Source: an uncultured Actinomycetota bacterium | Lineage (GTDB): Bacteria; Actinomycetota; Geothermincolia; Geothermincolales; RBG-13-55-18 | Assembly: GCA_964462595.1 (NCBI GenBank) | Contig: CAYWXM010000032.1 | Location: 22,465-86,464 of the forward strand | Length of the DNA stretch: 64,000 nucleotides | Direction of reading: 5' to 3' | Part shown: positions 17,670-28,700 of the stretch, one piece after another | Numbering within the stretch: the first letter of the stretch is position 1 | Layout of the letters: every line of letters starts with the position of its first letter | The notes under the pieces: generated by a model | What the model saw: only the letters and a program-made list of their open reading frames with translations | Told to the model about the DNA's origin: nothing | Databases searched by the model: none | Position numbers and translations under genes: made by a program

Positions 17670-19112
17670 TTACAGGCCTCCGATGGTCTCCACCAGCCTG
17701 GCGGTGGTGACCACCGGGCCGATGAGGCGGTCGAAGCGGGCCAGGGCAAGGTCGTGGTCCTCCCGGCTGGAGGTGGCGCAGGCGTCCGAGGCTACGATGG
17801 TAAAGAATCCCAGGTCCGATGCCTGGCGTACCGTGCTCTCCACGCAGAAGTCGGTGAGGAAACCGCTGACGATGAGGGTATCTATGCCCAGGTCGTTCAG
17901 ATACCTGCGCAGGGCGGTGCCCTCGAAGGCGCTCCAGCCCGGCTTCTCTATCACCAGCTCGCCCTCTGCGATGAAGGGCTTCAGCTCGTCGTAGATGTCG
18001 GTATCCCAGGTGCCGCCGAGAAAAGCGTCCGGCAGCGCGCCGTGGACGAGGTCCATCATCTTCGCGTCGAAAGTGCCGGGGAAGATATCCCCGCCCTCCG
18101 CCAGGCGGTTCTGCTTGATCCAGAAGACGCGGACGCCCTTCGCGCGGCAGGCCTCCAACAGCCTCTTCACGTTCTCCACCGCGCCGGTCTCCTTCGCCTG
18201 CTTCCAGGCGCCAACGAAGGCCAGGCTCCCCTCCTCGTGCAGGTTGTCGTTTTGTGCGTCCACCACCAGGAAGGCGGTCTTCCCCGCCTTGACGTAGGCG
18301 GGCCACTCCACGATATCGTTGAGGGAGATGCCCTTGCCCAGGCTCTCCCCCACCTGCTGCAGGTCGAAGGAACGCGGTTCCGTGGGCGGGGGCGGTACCT
18401 CGTATTCCTCCAGCAGAGCCAGAATGCCGCCGGTGTCGATCACCGGGCCGATGAGTCTTTCCAGCCGCTGCAAGCACTTGTCGTGCAGTTCCTGGCTCTC
18501 GGTGGCGCAGGCGTCGGAGACGGTGGCCGCGAGCAGGCCGCGGTCACAGGCCGAGCGCACCGTGGCCTCCACGCAGAAGTCCGTGAGCACACCGGTGACG
18601 ATGAGCGCCCGCGTGCCCAGGCTCTTCAGCAGCTTGTCCAGGTTGGTGCCCTCGAACATGCACGAGCCGTGCTTGCCCAGCACGATGTCGCGCCCGTCCA
18701 TGGCCTCGAGCAGCTCGTCGTAGATCTCCGTCTCCCAGGTGTCCTGCATGAAGGCGTTGGGGATGATGGTGCGGATGAGAGACAGCAGGTCGCCGTCGAA
18801 GGTGCCGGGGAAGACGTCCCTCCCGCCAGCCATGCGGTACTGCTTGGCCCAGATCACCGGGATGCCCCGCCCGCGGCAGGCGGCGATGACCCGCTTCATG
18901 TTGTCCACGGCCCCGTTCTCGCGCGCGTGCTTCCACACGTTCCAGAAAGACAGGGTACCCTTCTCGTCCAGGACGTCGTTCTGGGGGTCGATCACCAGCA
19001 ATGCCGCCGGGGCACGCTTGAAGTAGTCCTTCCAGCCCGCCAGCTCGTATAAGGAATATTTATCCAGTATCTCTCCGGGGTCCTTCATCCCCATGTCCTG
19101 CATTTCCGCCAT
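17670..19112 (-). CDS. Tandem-duplicated isochorismatase-family (cysteine hydrolase) protein
   Basis: Two homologous halves, each with the isochorismatase-family catalytic cysteine motif TGxxTDFCVE: LIVTGVLTDFCVEATV in the first half and LIVSGFLTDFCVESTV in the second. Confidence 0.85.
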   Translation of the reverse strand: MAEMQDMGMKDPGEILDKYSLYELAGWKDYFKRAPAALLVIDPQNDVLDEKGTLSFWNVWKHARENGAVDNMKRVIAACRGRGIPVIWAKQYRMAGGRDVFPGTFDGDLLSLIRTIIPNAFMQDTWETEIYDELLEAMDGRDIVLGKHGSCMFEGTNLDKLLKSLGTRALIVTGVLTDFCVEATVRSACDRGLLAATVSDACATESQELHDKCLQRLERLIGPVIDTGGILALLEEYEVPPPPTEPRSFDLQQVGESLGKGISLNDIVEWPAYVKAGKTAFLVVDAQNDNLHEEGSLAFVGAWKQAKETGAVENVKRLLEACRAKGVRVFWIKQNRLAEGGDIFPGTFDAKMMDLVHGALPDAFLGGTWDTDIYDELKPFIAEGELVIEKPGWSAFEGTALRRYLNDLGIDTLIVSGFLTDFCVESTVRQASDLGFFTIVASDACATSSREDHDLALARFDRLIGPVVTTARLVETIGGL

Positions 19113-19141
19113 CTTTCCTTCTCCCTTTCCTCGCTAGCCGC

Positions 19142-20446
19142 CTATTCCCCCTCCTCGTAAAGGCGCTCGAAATATTCTATCTTGTACTCGGAGCGCGGCA
19201 ACGTCCCGGGAGGTATCATCTCCACCACCGGGGTGAAGACCAGCTTCTCGCGCATGGTCTGCCTGATGCGTTCCGCCAGCCCCTGCAGGCTATCCTCCGG
19301 GAGGTCCTCGCCATGTTCTATCTTCAGCTCGAGGTTGGTGTCGATATACGGGCCGGGCTTGCGCAGCACGATGCGGAACTCGCCCGTGGTATCGGGCATG
19401 AAGGTGCAGATGACGTCCTTTACCGCGGAGGGGAAGACGTTCACCCCCTTGACCTTGAGCATGTCGTCGGTGCGCCCCAGCACGGAGAAGCGGAAAGAGG
19501 TGCGGCCGCAGGCACAGGGCGAGGTGAACACCCGCACCCAGTCGCGACAGCGGTAGCGCACCACCGGCGTCGCCTCGCGGTCGATGTGGGTATAGACTAT
19601 CTCCCCCTCCGCGCCGTCCTCCATCTCCACCGGCTCCAGGGTGGCGGGGTCCACCAGCTCAGCCAGGATGAGGCCCTGGCCGCAGAAGTGCATGCCCTCG
19701 CCCTCCCCGCACTCGCTGGCCATGTCCGCGGCCACGTCGGCCATGCCGTAGAAGCTGCGCGCCGTTATCCCCCATTCCTGCTCGATGCGGTGGCGGTCCT
19801 CCTCGGCCATGGCCTCGCCGGCCATGAAACCCTTCTGGAATCCGAGGTCGCGCGGGTCCATCTTCATCTGGCTCCTCGCGTACTCGGCCAGGAACACCGT
19901 GGCCGAGGGGGTGGCGAAGAGCACGGTGGGCTTGAGGTCCAGGACCAGCTGCATCAGCTTCTCCACCCCGGTGCTGCCCAGTGGGGCGGGGATGACGCAG
20001 AAGCCCATAGCCTCGGCGGACACCGCCTCCGAGAGGCCGCCCACGAAGAGGGTGAAGTTGGCTGGGTTGATGAAGGAATCTCCAGGGCGTATTCCTCCGC
20101 ACCAGGCATGCCGGGCGAAGAGCTCCTTCCAGTTGTCCGCGTCGCGTGCGGTGAGGGCCACGTAAATGGGCCTGCCGGTGGTTCCCGAGGTCCCCTGCAC
20201 GCGCACCACCGAGGTGAAGGGAGCGCAGAGGTGGGCGCCCAGGCCGCCGTCCTCGGCCTGCGTCTTGCGGATGTCGTCCTTGGTCATAAAGGGAAGCTTG
20301 TGGATATCGGCGGTGGTCTTAATGTCCGCGGGTTTCACGCCCGCCTCGTCGAACTTCCGCCTGTACAGCGTCGAGTTGTCGTAGATGTAATTGATCTGCC
20401 TGCGCAGCTTCCTGGAGTCCAGCTCGGCCAGCAGCGCCGCAGGCAT
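19142..20446 (-). CDS. Phenylacetate-CoA ligase (PaaK/F390 synthetase) family adenylate-forming enzyme
   Basis: TSGTTGRP AMP-binding motif and PaaK-like architecture. Start moved to ATG (MPAALLAEL...) with GAGGAAA RBS. The track's GTG 20500 is the alternative. Confidence 0.8.
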   Translation of the reverse strand: MPAALLAELDSRKLRRQINYIYDNSTLYRRKFDEAGVKPADIKTTADIHKLPFMTKDDIRKTQAEDGGLGAHLCAPFTSVVRVQGTSGTTGRPIYVALTARDADNWKELFARHAWCGGIRPGDSFINPANFTLFVGGLSEAVSAEAMGFCVIPAPLGSTGVEKLMQLVLDLKPTVLFATPSATVFLAEYARSQMKMDPRDLGFQKGFMAGEAMAEEDRHRIEQEWGITARSFYGMADVAADMASECGEGEGMHFCGQGLILAELVDPATLEPVEMEDGAEGEIVYTHIDREATPVVRYRCRDWVRVFTSPCACGRTSFRFSVLGRTDDMLKVKGVNVFPSAVKDVICTFMPDTTGEFRIVLRKPGPYIDTNLELKIEHGEDLPEDSLQGLAERIRQTMREKLVFTPVVEMIPPGTLPRSEYKIEYFERLYEEGE

Positions 20447-20522
20447 GGTCTCTATTTCCTCGTTCCAGTATTTCCTGCCCAGGTGGTTCACGGGATGCAC
20501 CCCCTTTACATGCCAGGCCGGG

Positions 20523-21383
20523 TCACAGCTGCAGCAATCGCCTCGCGTTCTCGCCCAGCCACTTGGCCTTCACTTCCTCCTTTATGGGAAGGTTCTTCAC
20601 GTCCTGCACCGCCTGCTCCAGGGGAAGCAGCGGCCAGGCGGTGGCGAAGAGCACCTTGTCCTGCAGAACGCTGTTGCCGTAATGGATCAGCGGCTCCCAG
20701 CCGGTGTGCTCCATCCCCATGTATTTCTGCCTTATGCCCGATATCTCTATGTAGACGTTGGGGTGCCTCCAGGCCACCGCCACCATCTCCATCACCCACG
20801 GCCACCCGGCGTGGCCGGCTACTATCTTCAGCTCGGGGAATCTCACCGCCACGCGGTCGAGGTGCAGGGGATGGCCGTACTCCATGGGGATCTGGCGCGA
20901 GAAGTTAAACGAGGTATGGATCCAGATGGGGATGTCCAGCTCCACGCACGTCTCGTAGATTGGATAATACCTCTCGTCGTCCGAGAACATGAGGTGTTCC
21001 CAGGGCGATATCATGGCCCCGCGCAGGCCCAGTTTCTCCACGTTCAGCCGCAGGCTCTCCACCGCGCCCGCACCCTTGTGCGGGTCCACCCCGGCGAAGC
21101 CCAGGAAACGCTCCGGGAAGGAACGCACCAGATCCACCACGATCTCGTTGGGGACCTTCTTGGCGAAGGTGGTCTCCTGGTCCTCGCCCAGCAGCACGGC
21201 GACGTCTATGCCCGCCGCATCCATCATGGCGATGAAGTCCTCGGGCTTGAAGTCGCTGATGTAGGCCTCCATGTCGGGGCTCATGGAGTAGATGTCGTAG
21301 TAGCCTGCGAGGTGGGGCATGGGCTCCAGCATACCGAGAAGGACGTCCCGGTGGGGTGGCGAAACGCATAAGTCTATTATCAT
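20523..21383 (-). CDS. Amidohydrolase-2 family (PF04909-like) metal-dependent hydrolase
   Basis: TIM-barrel amidohydrolase motifs (HTSFN, HAGWPW). Confidence 0.75.
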   Translation of the reverse strand: MIIDLCVSPPHRDVLLGMLEPMPHLAGYYDIYSMSPDMEAYISDFKPEDFIAMMDAAGIDVAVLLGEDQETTFAKKVPNEIVVDLVRSFPERFLGFAGVDPHKGAGAVESLRLNVEKLGLRGAMISPWEHLMFSDDERYYPIYETCVELDIPIWIHTSFNFSRQIPMEYGHPLHLDRVAVRFPELKIVAGHAGWPWVMEMVAVAWRHPNVYIEISGIRQKYMGMEHTGWEPLIHYGNSVLQDKVLFATAWPLLPLEQAVQDVKNLPIKEEVKAKWLGENARRLLQL

Positions 21384-21511
21384 AGTCCCTCGCCTGCCTT
21401 TCGGGAGATGACCCGCCAGCCGCCAGTCCTCTCCGGCCGCCGGCTTCCATGCTTAAGCATAACGCTTGCGGCAGGTTCACGGATCTCCCGCCTGACGCGA
21501 GAGGTCTACGC

Positions 21512-21542
21512 CCATGGCGGCGGCTTCTCGCCGCCGCCATGG
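21512..21542 (+). terminator. Strong GC hairpin (13-bp perfect stem, 5-nt loop) followed by a T-rich tract; possible terminator or structural element
   Basis: ccatggcggcggc-ttctc-gccgccgccatgg, then aaatcttctttctcc. Confidence 0.3.
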
Positions 21543-21656
21543 AAATCTTCTTTCTCCCGTCCTTTGTAAGAACGCTCCCGCTGGAGCCGCCCTTTCCCCG
21601 ACCGTCACCCTTTTCCAGACTCTCCGCCCCTTTTCCCGGAAAGCATTGAAAACAAC

Positions 21657-21674
21657 TGGGTGACCGGTCACCCA
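21657..21674. promoter_or_regulatory. Perfect 18-bp palindrome TGGGTGACCGGTCACCCA; candidate TetR-family operator
   Basis: Lies in the 530-bp gap between the TetR gene (ends 21912) and the start of the amidohydrolase/PaaK/isochorismatase operon (21383). Confidence 0.45.
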
Positions 21675-21911
21675 TATTATAACCGCTCCTTTTTTCCCGC
21701 GCAACCCCGGAAATGCCTCTGTCGCTTTTATCTACCGGGCCCCGAGAAAGGATGGTCGGGGTCCCGGCTGCAATGTATACATGCGATGATCCTCAAATGC
21801 ACACGGGGGCCTCAGGTGCACGTATGCACGGAAACGTACCTGTGGCCTTCGAGAGCATGTTCCACTGCAGGTCCGCAAGGGTCAACGGGATCTTTTAGAG
21901 ATGCCGCCGGC

Positions 21912-22547
21912 TCATCTTTTTGCCGTCAGCCCGCCCAGCATCATGTCCTGCAGGGGTTTATATACCTCGGCGGCGCTCCCCCACCCCTTGAGGAGCTGTT
22001 CGTAAAAGGCGATGGTCAATTCGTTCAAGCCCAGGAGCAGGAAAGCTGCCAGGCGCTTGTCGACCTTGCGGAAGATCTTCTTATCGATACACCGCTCCAC
22101 CAGTTCCTCCACCAGGTTGGCGTATTCCTCAAGGACCTCGGTGGCCGTGCCCACGAACTCGCGGTTACCCCCGAAGAAGGAGGATATCCACAGCTGGGCC
22201 AGCTCCTTGTGCTCCACCCCCAGCACTACGTCCAGCTCGAGGAGTTTCTTTAGCGCGTCCAAGGGGTCTTCTCCTGCTTCCACGATCTCCCTGGCTTTTG
22301 CCATCCACACCTCGTTGCTCTCGCGCAGGGCCTGGCTAAAAAGCTCAGCCTTACTCGGGAAATAGAGGTATATGGTCCCCTTGCCGATGCCGCTCTTCTC
22401 GGCGATGACGTTCACGTTGGCGCCCTTGTAACCCTTGCTCACGAACTCGCGGGCTGCTTCCTTGAGTATCCTGCGCCGTTTGTCCTCCTGGTTGACCCTG
22501 CTTCTCTCGGCCACGCTGCGCCCCTTCCCGTTTGTGATTATCGCCAT
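21912..22547 (-). CDS. TetR/AcrR family transcriptional regulator
   Basis: N-terminal HTH RILKEAAREFVSKGYKGANVNVIAEKSGIGKGTIYLYFPSK. Confidence 0.85.
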   Translation of the reverse strand: MAIITNGKGRSVAERSRVNQEDKRRRILKEAAREFVSKGYKGANVNVIAEKSGIGKGTIYLYFPSKAELFSQALRESNEVWMAKAREIVEAGEDPLDALKKLLELDVVLGVEHKELAQLWISSFFGGNREFVGTATEVLEEYANLVEELVERCIDKKIFRKVDKRLAAFLLLGLNELTIAFYEQLLKGWGSAAEVYKPLQDMMLGGLTAKR

Positions 22548-22837
22548 CGCCTCTAGGCAAGATTCTACTCCATGCCGCCGACGCTTTCACGCAAGGAGGC
22601 CTGGGGGCCAGGTATGGCTTCCGACCGAGCCGAGGGGGCCCTGCTTCCGGCATGGCAGTTATCATCAGGCCGGGAGGCTGGGGGAGTCAGGACTTGTCAT
22701 GCCGGTAGTGGTGCCCTTCTTCTCTCGAACGGTTATTCCGGCACGCAAGTCGCTGACCCCCAGGCCGGGCCGGGGTGTCAGGCCCGGCTTCGTAGGTGGC
22801 GACCCACGACGGGGTAACGAATATGTAAGCGGCTTTT

Positions 22838-24571
22838 TTAATTCTCGGGGATCTCCATGTCCTGCACCTGCTCCCGCAGCTCGCGCCTGAGCACCTTGCC
22901 CGCCTGGCTGGCGGGGATGGCCTCCACCGCCTTGAGCAGCCGTATCTTCTTGTAGGCGGCAAGCCTGGAGTTGGCGTATTCCAGCAATTCCTCTTCCGTC
23001 GCCCCGGCACCCGGCACCAGCTGCACGAAGGCGATGGGTATCTCCCCTTTGCGCTCGTCCTTCTTCCCCACCACCGCCGACTGGGCGACCGCGGGATGAT
23101 CGTTTATGACCTCCTCCAGTTCGCGGGGATAGACGTTGTAGCCCTTGTAGATGAGCATGTCCTTCTTGCGATCCACGATAAACAGGTAGCCGTCCTCGTC
23201 GAACTTGCCCACGTCGCCCGTCAGCAGCCAGCCGTCCTCTTTCAACATCACCGCCGTCTCCTCGGGGTTGTTCCAGAATCCCTTCATGAGCTGCGGGCCC
23301 CGCACGCAGACCTCGCCCGCCTCCCCGACATCCAGCTCCCTGCCGTAATCGTCCGGGTCCACGATCTTCACCTCGGTGTCCGCGACCGGCAGGCCCACCG
23401 AGCCCACTTTCATCGCTCCCCTCTCCGGGGGTGAGATGGAGACGATGGCCGTCGCCTCGGAGAGGCCGTAGGCCTCGCAGACCACGCCGGAGAATTTCCC
23501 CAGCAGCCTCTCCATGAGGTTCAGGGGTATGGGCGCTCCTCCCGAGGCAACCAGGCGGGTCTCCGACATATCTATCTCGGGATAGAGGGGATGCTCTACC
23601 ATGGGCACGAAGAGTTGGGGAGCTCCTCCGAAGCAGGTGGCGCGGTACTTGGGTATGGCCTGCAGGAATTCCTCGGGGTCGAAGCGCGGGAAGACCACCA
23701 GGGTGTTTCCGGCCATCAGCTGCATGTTGAGGAAACCGAAGGCCCCCATGGCGTGGAACCAGGGCGGCACAACCAGGGACATCTCCAGCCCGCGCCGGAA
23801 GGGATGGGCTTCGTCACTGTCACCCTCTTCCCTGGCCAGGCCTATGATACCGTCCGCGTAGGTGATCTGGCCGCCGGAGAACCAGTAGGAGAGCTGGCAG
23901 GAATTAACAATCGTGTTGTAGTGTGTGACCATTATCCCCTTGGGTGTCCCGGTAGTCCCGCCGGTGTAAGAGATGTGGGCCAGGTCCTCCCTGACGTTGA
24001 AGGCGATGTCCGGGGGCTCGGCGGGGTAGTCGCTCACCAGCGAGGTGAAATCGATCACTCCCTCGTCGAAGGCTCCCTTGGACAGCTTTTTCACCGCCGC
24101 GCTTATGGGCGGGTAACAGTCCGCAAGGCTTACCTCGATGGCCCTCTTTATGTTCGTCTCGGGGAAGATCTTGCTCGAGGCGGCCCAGAAGAGGTCCAGC
24201 CCGATAAATGTCTCCACCCCGGAGTCGACGAGCTGGAAAACCAGCTCCCGCTCGGAGAGCAGGGGGCTCACGGGCACGAATACCGCCCCCGCCTTCAGCA
24301 AGCCGTAGTAAGCGATGGCAAACTGGGGGGAGTTGAGCAGGTGAAGCGCTACCCTGTCACCTTTCGCCACCCCCAGGTCCGACAAGGCAGCGGCGAAGCG
24401 ATCGGAGAGGAGATCCAACTCCCTGTAGGTTACCTCCATACCGGCAAAGACGATGGCGTTGCGCTCCGGCCACTGCAGGGCCGCCGAGCGCACGATCTGG
24501 AAGACGGGCACCTCGGGGTAGTCGAGGTTTTTGGCCACACCCGCGGGCCAACGCTTGAAGTTCTTGTCCAT
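22838..24571 (-). CDS. AMP-dependent acyl-CoA synthetase/ligase
   Basis: YTGGTTGTPKG motif. Start set at ATG (MDKNFKRW...) preceded by AAGGAGGGGAG. The upstream extension in the track has no RBS. Confidence 0.85.
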   Translation of the reverse strand: MDKNFKRWPAGVAKNLDYPEVPVFQIVRSAALQWPERNAIVFAGMEVTYRELDLLSDRFAAALSDLGVAKGDRVALHLLNSPQFAIAYYGLLKAGAVFVPVSPLLSERELVFQLVDSGVETFIGLDLFWAASSKIFPETNIKRAIEVSLADCYPPISAAVKKLSKGAFDEGVIDFTSLVSDYPAEPPDIAFNVREDLAHISYTGGTTGTPKGIMVTHYNTIVNSCQLSYWFSGGQITYADGIIGLAREEGDSDEAHPFRRGLEMSLVVPPWFHAMGAFGFLNMQLMAGNTLVVFPRFDPEEFLQAIPKYRATCFGGAPQLFVPMVEHPLYPEIDMSETRLVASGGAPIPLNLMERLLGKFSGVVCEAYGLSEATAIVSISPPERGAMKVGSVGLPVADTEVKIVDPDDYGRELDVGEAGEVCVRGPQLMKGFWNNPEETAVMLKEDGWLLTGDVGKFDEDGYLFIVDRKKDMLIYKGYNVYPRELEEVINDHPAVAQSAVVGKKDERKGEIPIAFVQLVPGAGATEEELLEYANSRLAAYKKIRLLKAVEAIPASQAGKVLRRELREQVQDMEIPEN

Positions 24572-24879
24572 GATCTCCCCTCCTTGAAACCGGCTGCCGT
24601 GGATGAGCTGCGATGCGGAAACAACAAAGATACGTAAACGCAATAAGATGATTACCCAAGTAGCGCGCTTAACGCCAGTTGAATCTCTGAACGTGCCGCC
24701 GCAGGCCTGCCCGGGGTAAACGGCGTGGGGCTGGATCGCGTTGCGTTGACCTGCACCATCGTCCGGGGACGGCACGATATGAGATGTTTACACGAAGCCT
24801 GGACCCGGTGTCCCGCGTTCGCGGATGGTGGGGAGCACGGGCCGCTCGCCCGCGCCCTACGGAGGTTTACGTGGCTTTT

Positions 24880-25035
24880 CTACCTTTTCTTCTTGCCGTC
24901 TTTCTTGCCGTGGCCCCTCCACTTGTCTTTTTCTGATTTCTTCCAGTCGGAGATCAGGCCTTCCAGCCTGGGGTCTTTCCTCTGGCCGAACCTGTTGGGC
25001 CTATCGTCTTGACGAGCCTGCTCGTCGCTTTTCAT
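24880..25035 (-). CDS. Small basic protein, 51 aa (MKSDEQARQDDRPNRFGQRKDPRLEGLISDWKKSEKDKWRGHGKKDGKKKR)
   Basis: Not in the ORF track (<60 aa). GGAGAGGGGA RBS 5 nt upstream of the ATG. Downstream of the FKBP gene on the same strand. Confidence 0.3.
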   Translation of the reverse strand: MKSDEQARQDDRPNRFGQRKDPRLEGLISDWKKSEKDKWRGHGKKDGKKKR

Positions 25036-25078
25036 CTGATCCCCTCTCCCGTTCTGGCATTAATCGCCGGAGGCGGGC

Positions 25079-25516
25079 TTATGCGTCGCCTTCACGTACG
25101 TCCTTGATGGTCACTTCAAACCGTAGACTCATACCGGACAATGGATGGTTGAGGTCTATATTCACGTTCTCTTCATCCATGCCGATGATGAGGAAGTTGA
25201 TAACCCTGCCGTCATCCGTGCGCCCGGAATATGATGTGCCGACCTCGAGATCCGGGCCTCCCTGGAAACGATCCTTGGGCACCTGCTGCACCAGGCCGGG
25301 ATCCCTCAGGCCGTATGCTTCCTCGGGCTTTACCACTACTTCCTTGCTGTCTCCAGCCTCCATCCCTTCCAGTTCGCGCTCCAGCCCCGGAATAATAGTC
25401 CCCGCACCGAAGACGAAACCCAGCGGCTCGCCCTCGGGGCTCCTGTCGATGAGCACTCCATCCTCGTCGTAGAGCCGGTAGTCGAAGAAAACAGTCTTGT
25501 TCGGCCCTGCTTTCAT
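25079..25516 (-). CDS. FKBP-type peptidyl-prolyl cis-trans isomerase (SlyD-like)
   Basis: FKBP signature GFVFGAGTIIPGLERELEGM. Start at MKAGPNK... Confidence 0.75.
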   Translation of the reverse strand: MKAGPNKTVFFDYRLYDEDGVLIDRSPEGEPLGFVFGAGTIIPGLERELEGMEAGDSKEVVVKPEEAYGLRDPGLVQQVPKDRFQGGPDLEVGTSYSGRTDDGRVINFLIIGMDEENVNIDLNHPLSGMSLRFEVTIKDVREGDA

Positions 25517-25703
25517 CGCTTGCCCCCTTTCACTCCTTTTCCCGTCCCCTGCAAACAAAAGGCCCAGGCTTTAAAGGCTTGGGTCGTTCGACAACAGCTT
25601 TCCTGCAAACCTAAGATTACCTCTTTCCAACTATAACATATACGGTCTGCCGGTGCGTGTGGATAAGGCCTCGAGGAGGATGCTTGCTTTCCCGGGACGC
25701 GGG

Positions 25704-28700
25704 TCAAGGGTTCGGGCGATCCTGGAATATCACCTCCGCCGTTTCTCCTTCCCGCAGTTTCAGCAACTCGCCTCCGACCTCGATCTTGATCATCCAGGCG
25801 CCGCCGGAAAGGACATGCACCTTAAACGATTCTTTCGAGATGTCCAAGTCCAGCCACTGCCCGCGGTAGCGTACGAGCATGGAAAGCCCGTCCATGTCCT
25901 CGGGGAAAGCGGGGTTGAAGCGCAGCACGTCACCGCGGCATTCCAGCCCGGTATAGCCGCGCCCCAGCATGTCCACGCACCCGGCCATGGCCCCCAGGTG
26001 TATGCCCTCCGGCGTCGTCCCGCCCTGCACGTCTGCGAAATCGGTGAGCAGGGCTATGTTGAAAAGCTCCCACGACTGGCCACGGTCGCGCCTCGCCGCC
26101 ACCCAGGAGTGGATTATCCAGCTCAGGGAGGAACCGTTGGAGGTGCGGGCGAGGTAATAATCTATGTTGCGCGGGATTATCTCGGGATCGAAATCGTAGC
26201 CCAGTTGCCCGAAAAGGCCCCCCAGCTCCTCGGCGGAAAAGAGATAGAATAGCATGAGCACGTCCGCCTGCTTGGAGGCCTTGTAGCGGTTCGGCATGTC
26301 CCCCTCCGCCTCGAGTATGCGGTCCAGGCGCTGGATGTTGCCATACTTCCTGCGGTAACCCTCCCAGTCGAACTCCTCGAGTTTATCGTATCCCTCGAAC
26401 TGGCTGATGATGCCATCCGAATGGAAGACCACACGCATCTTGCGGCTTATCTCCCTCCACCTGTCTATCTCCGTATCCTGTATCTCGAGCTTCTCGCACA
26501 ATTCGTCCAGGTACTCCGGCGGCAGGATGTCGAGAAGGTCGAGCGCCCGGTTCATGACGAACACGACCATGATGTTGGTGTAGGAATTGTTGTCCAGGCC
26601 CGGGCTCTGCGAGCCCGGGTAGGCATCGTGATACTCGTCCGGTCCCATAACCCCCTTGATCTCGTACCTGTCGAGCCCCGCGTTGTATTCGGCGATGGAG
26701 GCCCAGAAGCGAGCGATCTCCAGGATCATCTCCGCTCCGTACCAGGAAAGGAATTCCAGGTCCCCGGTTACCTGGTAGTACTGCCAGATGTTGTAGACTA
26801 TGGCGGCGTTTATGTGCCGCTGCAGCTGGGAATTGTCCGGCAGCCAGTTCCCCGAAACGGGGTTCAGGTGGACCTGCTGTGTCTCCTCCCTGCCGTCGCT
26901 TCCGCTCTGCCAGGGGAACATCGCCCCCTTGTAACCGAGCCTCCTGGCGGCCTTCCTCGCCTCTCCCAGGCGGCGGTAGCGGTACATGAGCAGGGAGCGC
27001 GTTATCTGCGGGGTGCGGTAGTTGAGGAACGGGAAGATGATGAGCTCGTCCCAGAAGATATGCCCCCGGTAGGCCTCGCCGTGCCACCCCCTGGAGGGCA
27101 TGCCCACGTCTATGTCCATGGAATGCGTGCATGCGGTCTGCAGCATGTGGAACCTGTAAAGGCGCAATATCCTCTGGACGTAATGCTGCTCCGGGAGACT
27201 GAACAGCCGCAGGTCGACCTCAAACTTGTGCCAGAGGTGATCCCAGGCTACGGCGTGGGAGCGCAGCAGTCCCTGAAACCTGTCTGCCGCCGCGATCGCT
27301 TTCTCCGCGGCCTGCACGCAGTTGGAAATAGCGCTGTCCCGGGAATTGTATAGCGCCATCGTTTTCTCCACCACAACCTGAGAGCCCAGGGAGGCGTCCA
27401 GAAGGATATGCTGGGCGATATAGCCGGGTTCCTCCACCAGGCTACGCTTCACGGGCAGCGGCTCGCCATCACGAAACGCCCCGGTCCTGACGGCTTGGGC
27501 AACGCCTATCCTTGACTGGCTCGTGCGTACCTTGAGGAGGACGGTATCCTCGCCGATGAGTTTTGTCTCTACGGGCTCCAGGTGATTTCCGTTCAGGTTG
27601 AGGTACCTCTTCACGCCGCTGTTGGTCACCCTTCCGTCCAGGGCCGAGCGCAATTCCAGCGTCCCCGACCAGTTGAGGGGCTCTATCATCACTTCCATCG
27701 CCGCCAGGTGCATGTTGTCCATGCTGACGATGCGGCGGCTGTTCATCCTGGTCTCCCTCCCCTCCGCGTCCCGCCATTTCACGCGGCGGTGCATGACCCC
27801 CGTCTTCATGTGCAGTTCCTGCCGGTAGGAGAGTACCTCCGCGCTCTGCAGGTCGAACCATTCACCCCCCGCGACCCGCACGTCGAGGCGCAGCCAGTTA
27901 GGAAGATTTACCAGGTCCTCGTTCTCTATCATGCGGCCCGCTATCTCCGTCTTCAGGCGGTTGTAGCCGCCTGCCAGGTAGGTCCCGGGGTAATGGACGC
28001 CGTCGGCGAGGGATTCCGGTGCCGCTCCCCGGGTGGCGAAATAACCGTTTCCCAGGGTGCACAGCGCCTCCCTGAGCCCCTCCTCCTCGCTATCGTATCC
28101 ATCGTGCTCCAGCCACCAGGTGTTCTCCTCCTCCAATACGGAGGTGAGCCTGGCGATAAAGAGCTCGACCTCGTCGGGGGTCTCAAGCCTGTATTGCGCC
28201 TTGGTGCAGCGCGGGCCTTCTCCAACCACCACGGTGATTCCCCGGCCTTTCAGCGTCTCGAAGGCGTCCTCGTCGGTGATGTCGTCTCCCACGTAGAAGG
28301 GGACGAAACCGGGCTCCGCGATATCCAGTTCGTGCATGAACCATTCCACGGCCCTGCCTTTGTGCCAGTCGATGTCCGGCTGCAACTCGTAGACCTTCTT
28401 GCCCTCGGCCCTGCGAAACCCGGGGTATCGCCGGTGCGCGAGGCCTACTACTTCATCCACTTCCCCTACTTGTCCCTCGCTCACGTTGCGGTAATGGATA
28501 GCGATGGTGAACTTCTTGCGCTCCACCTGTGCTCCGGGAATGCCCGCCAGATGCCTTTCGAGATATGCCTGGGCACGGTCGAGCTCGTTCAGGAATCGTT
28601 CCGCCCCTTCGTTCTCCTTCCTGAACCCGTCGGGCCCGGCCATCTCGAAACCGTGGCTGCCCGAGTAATATATTTCCCCCACGTTTACCAGGGCCCTGAC

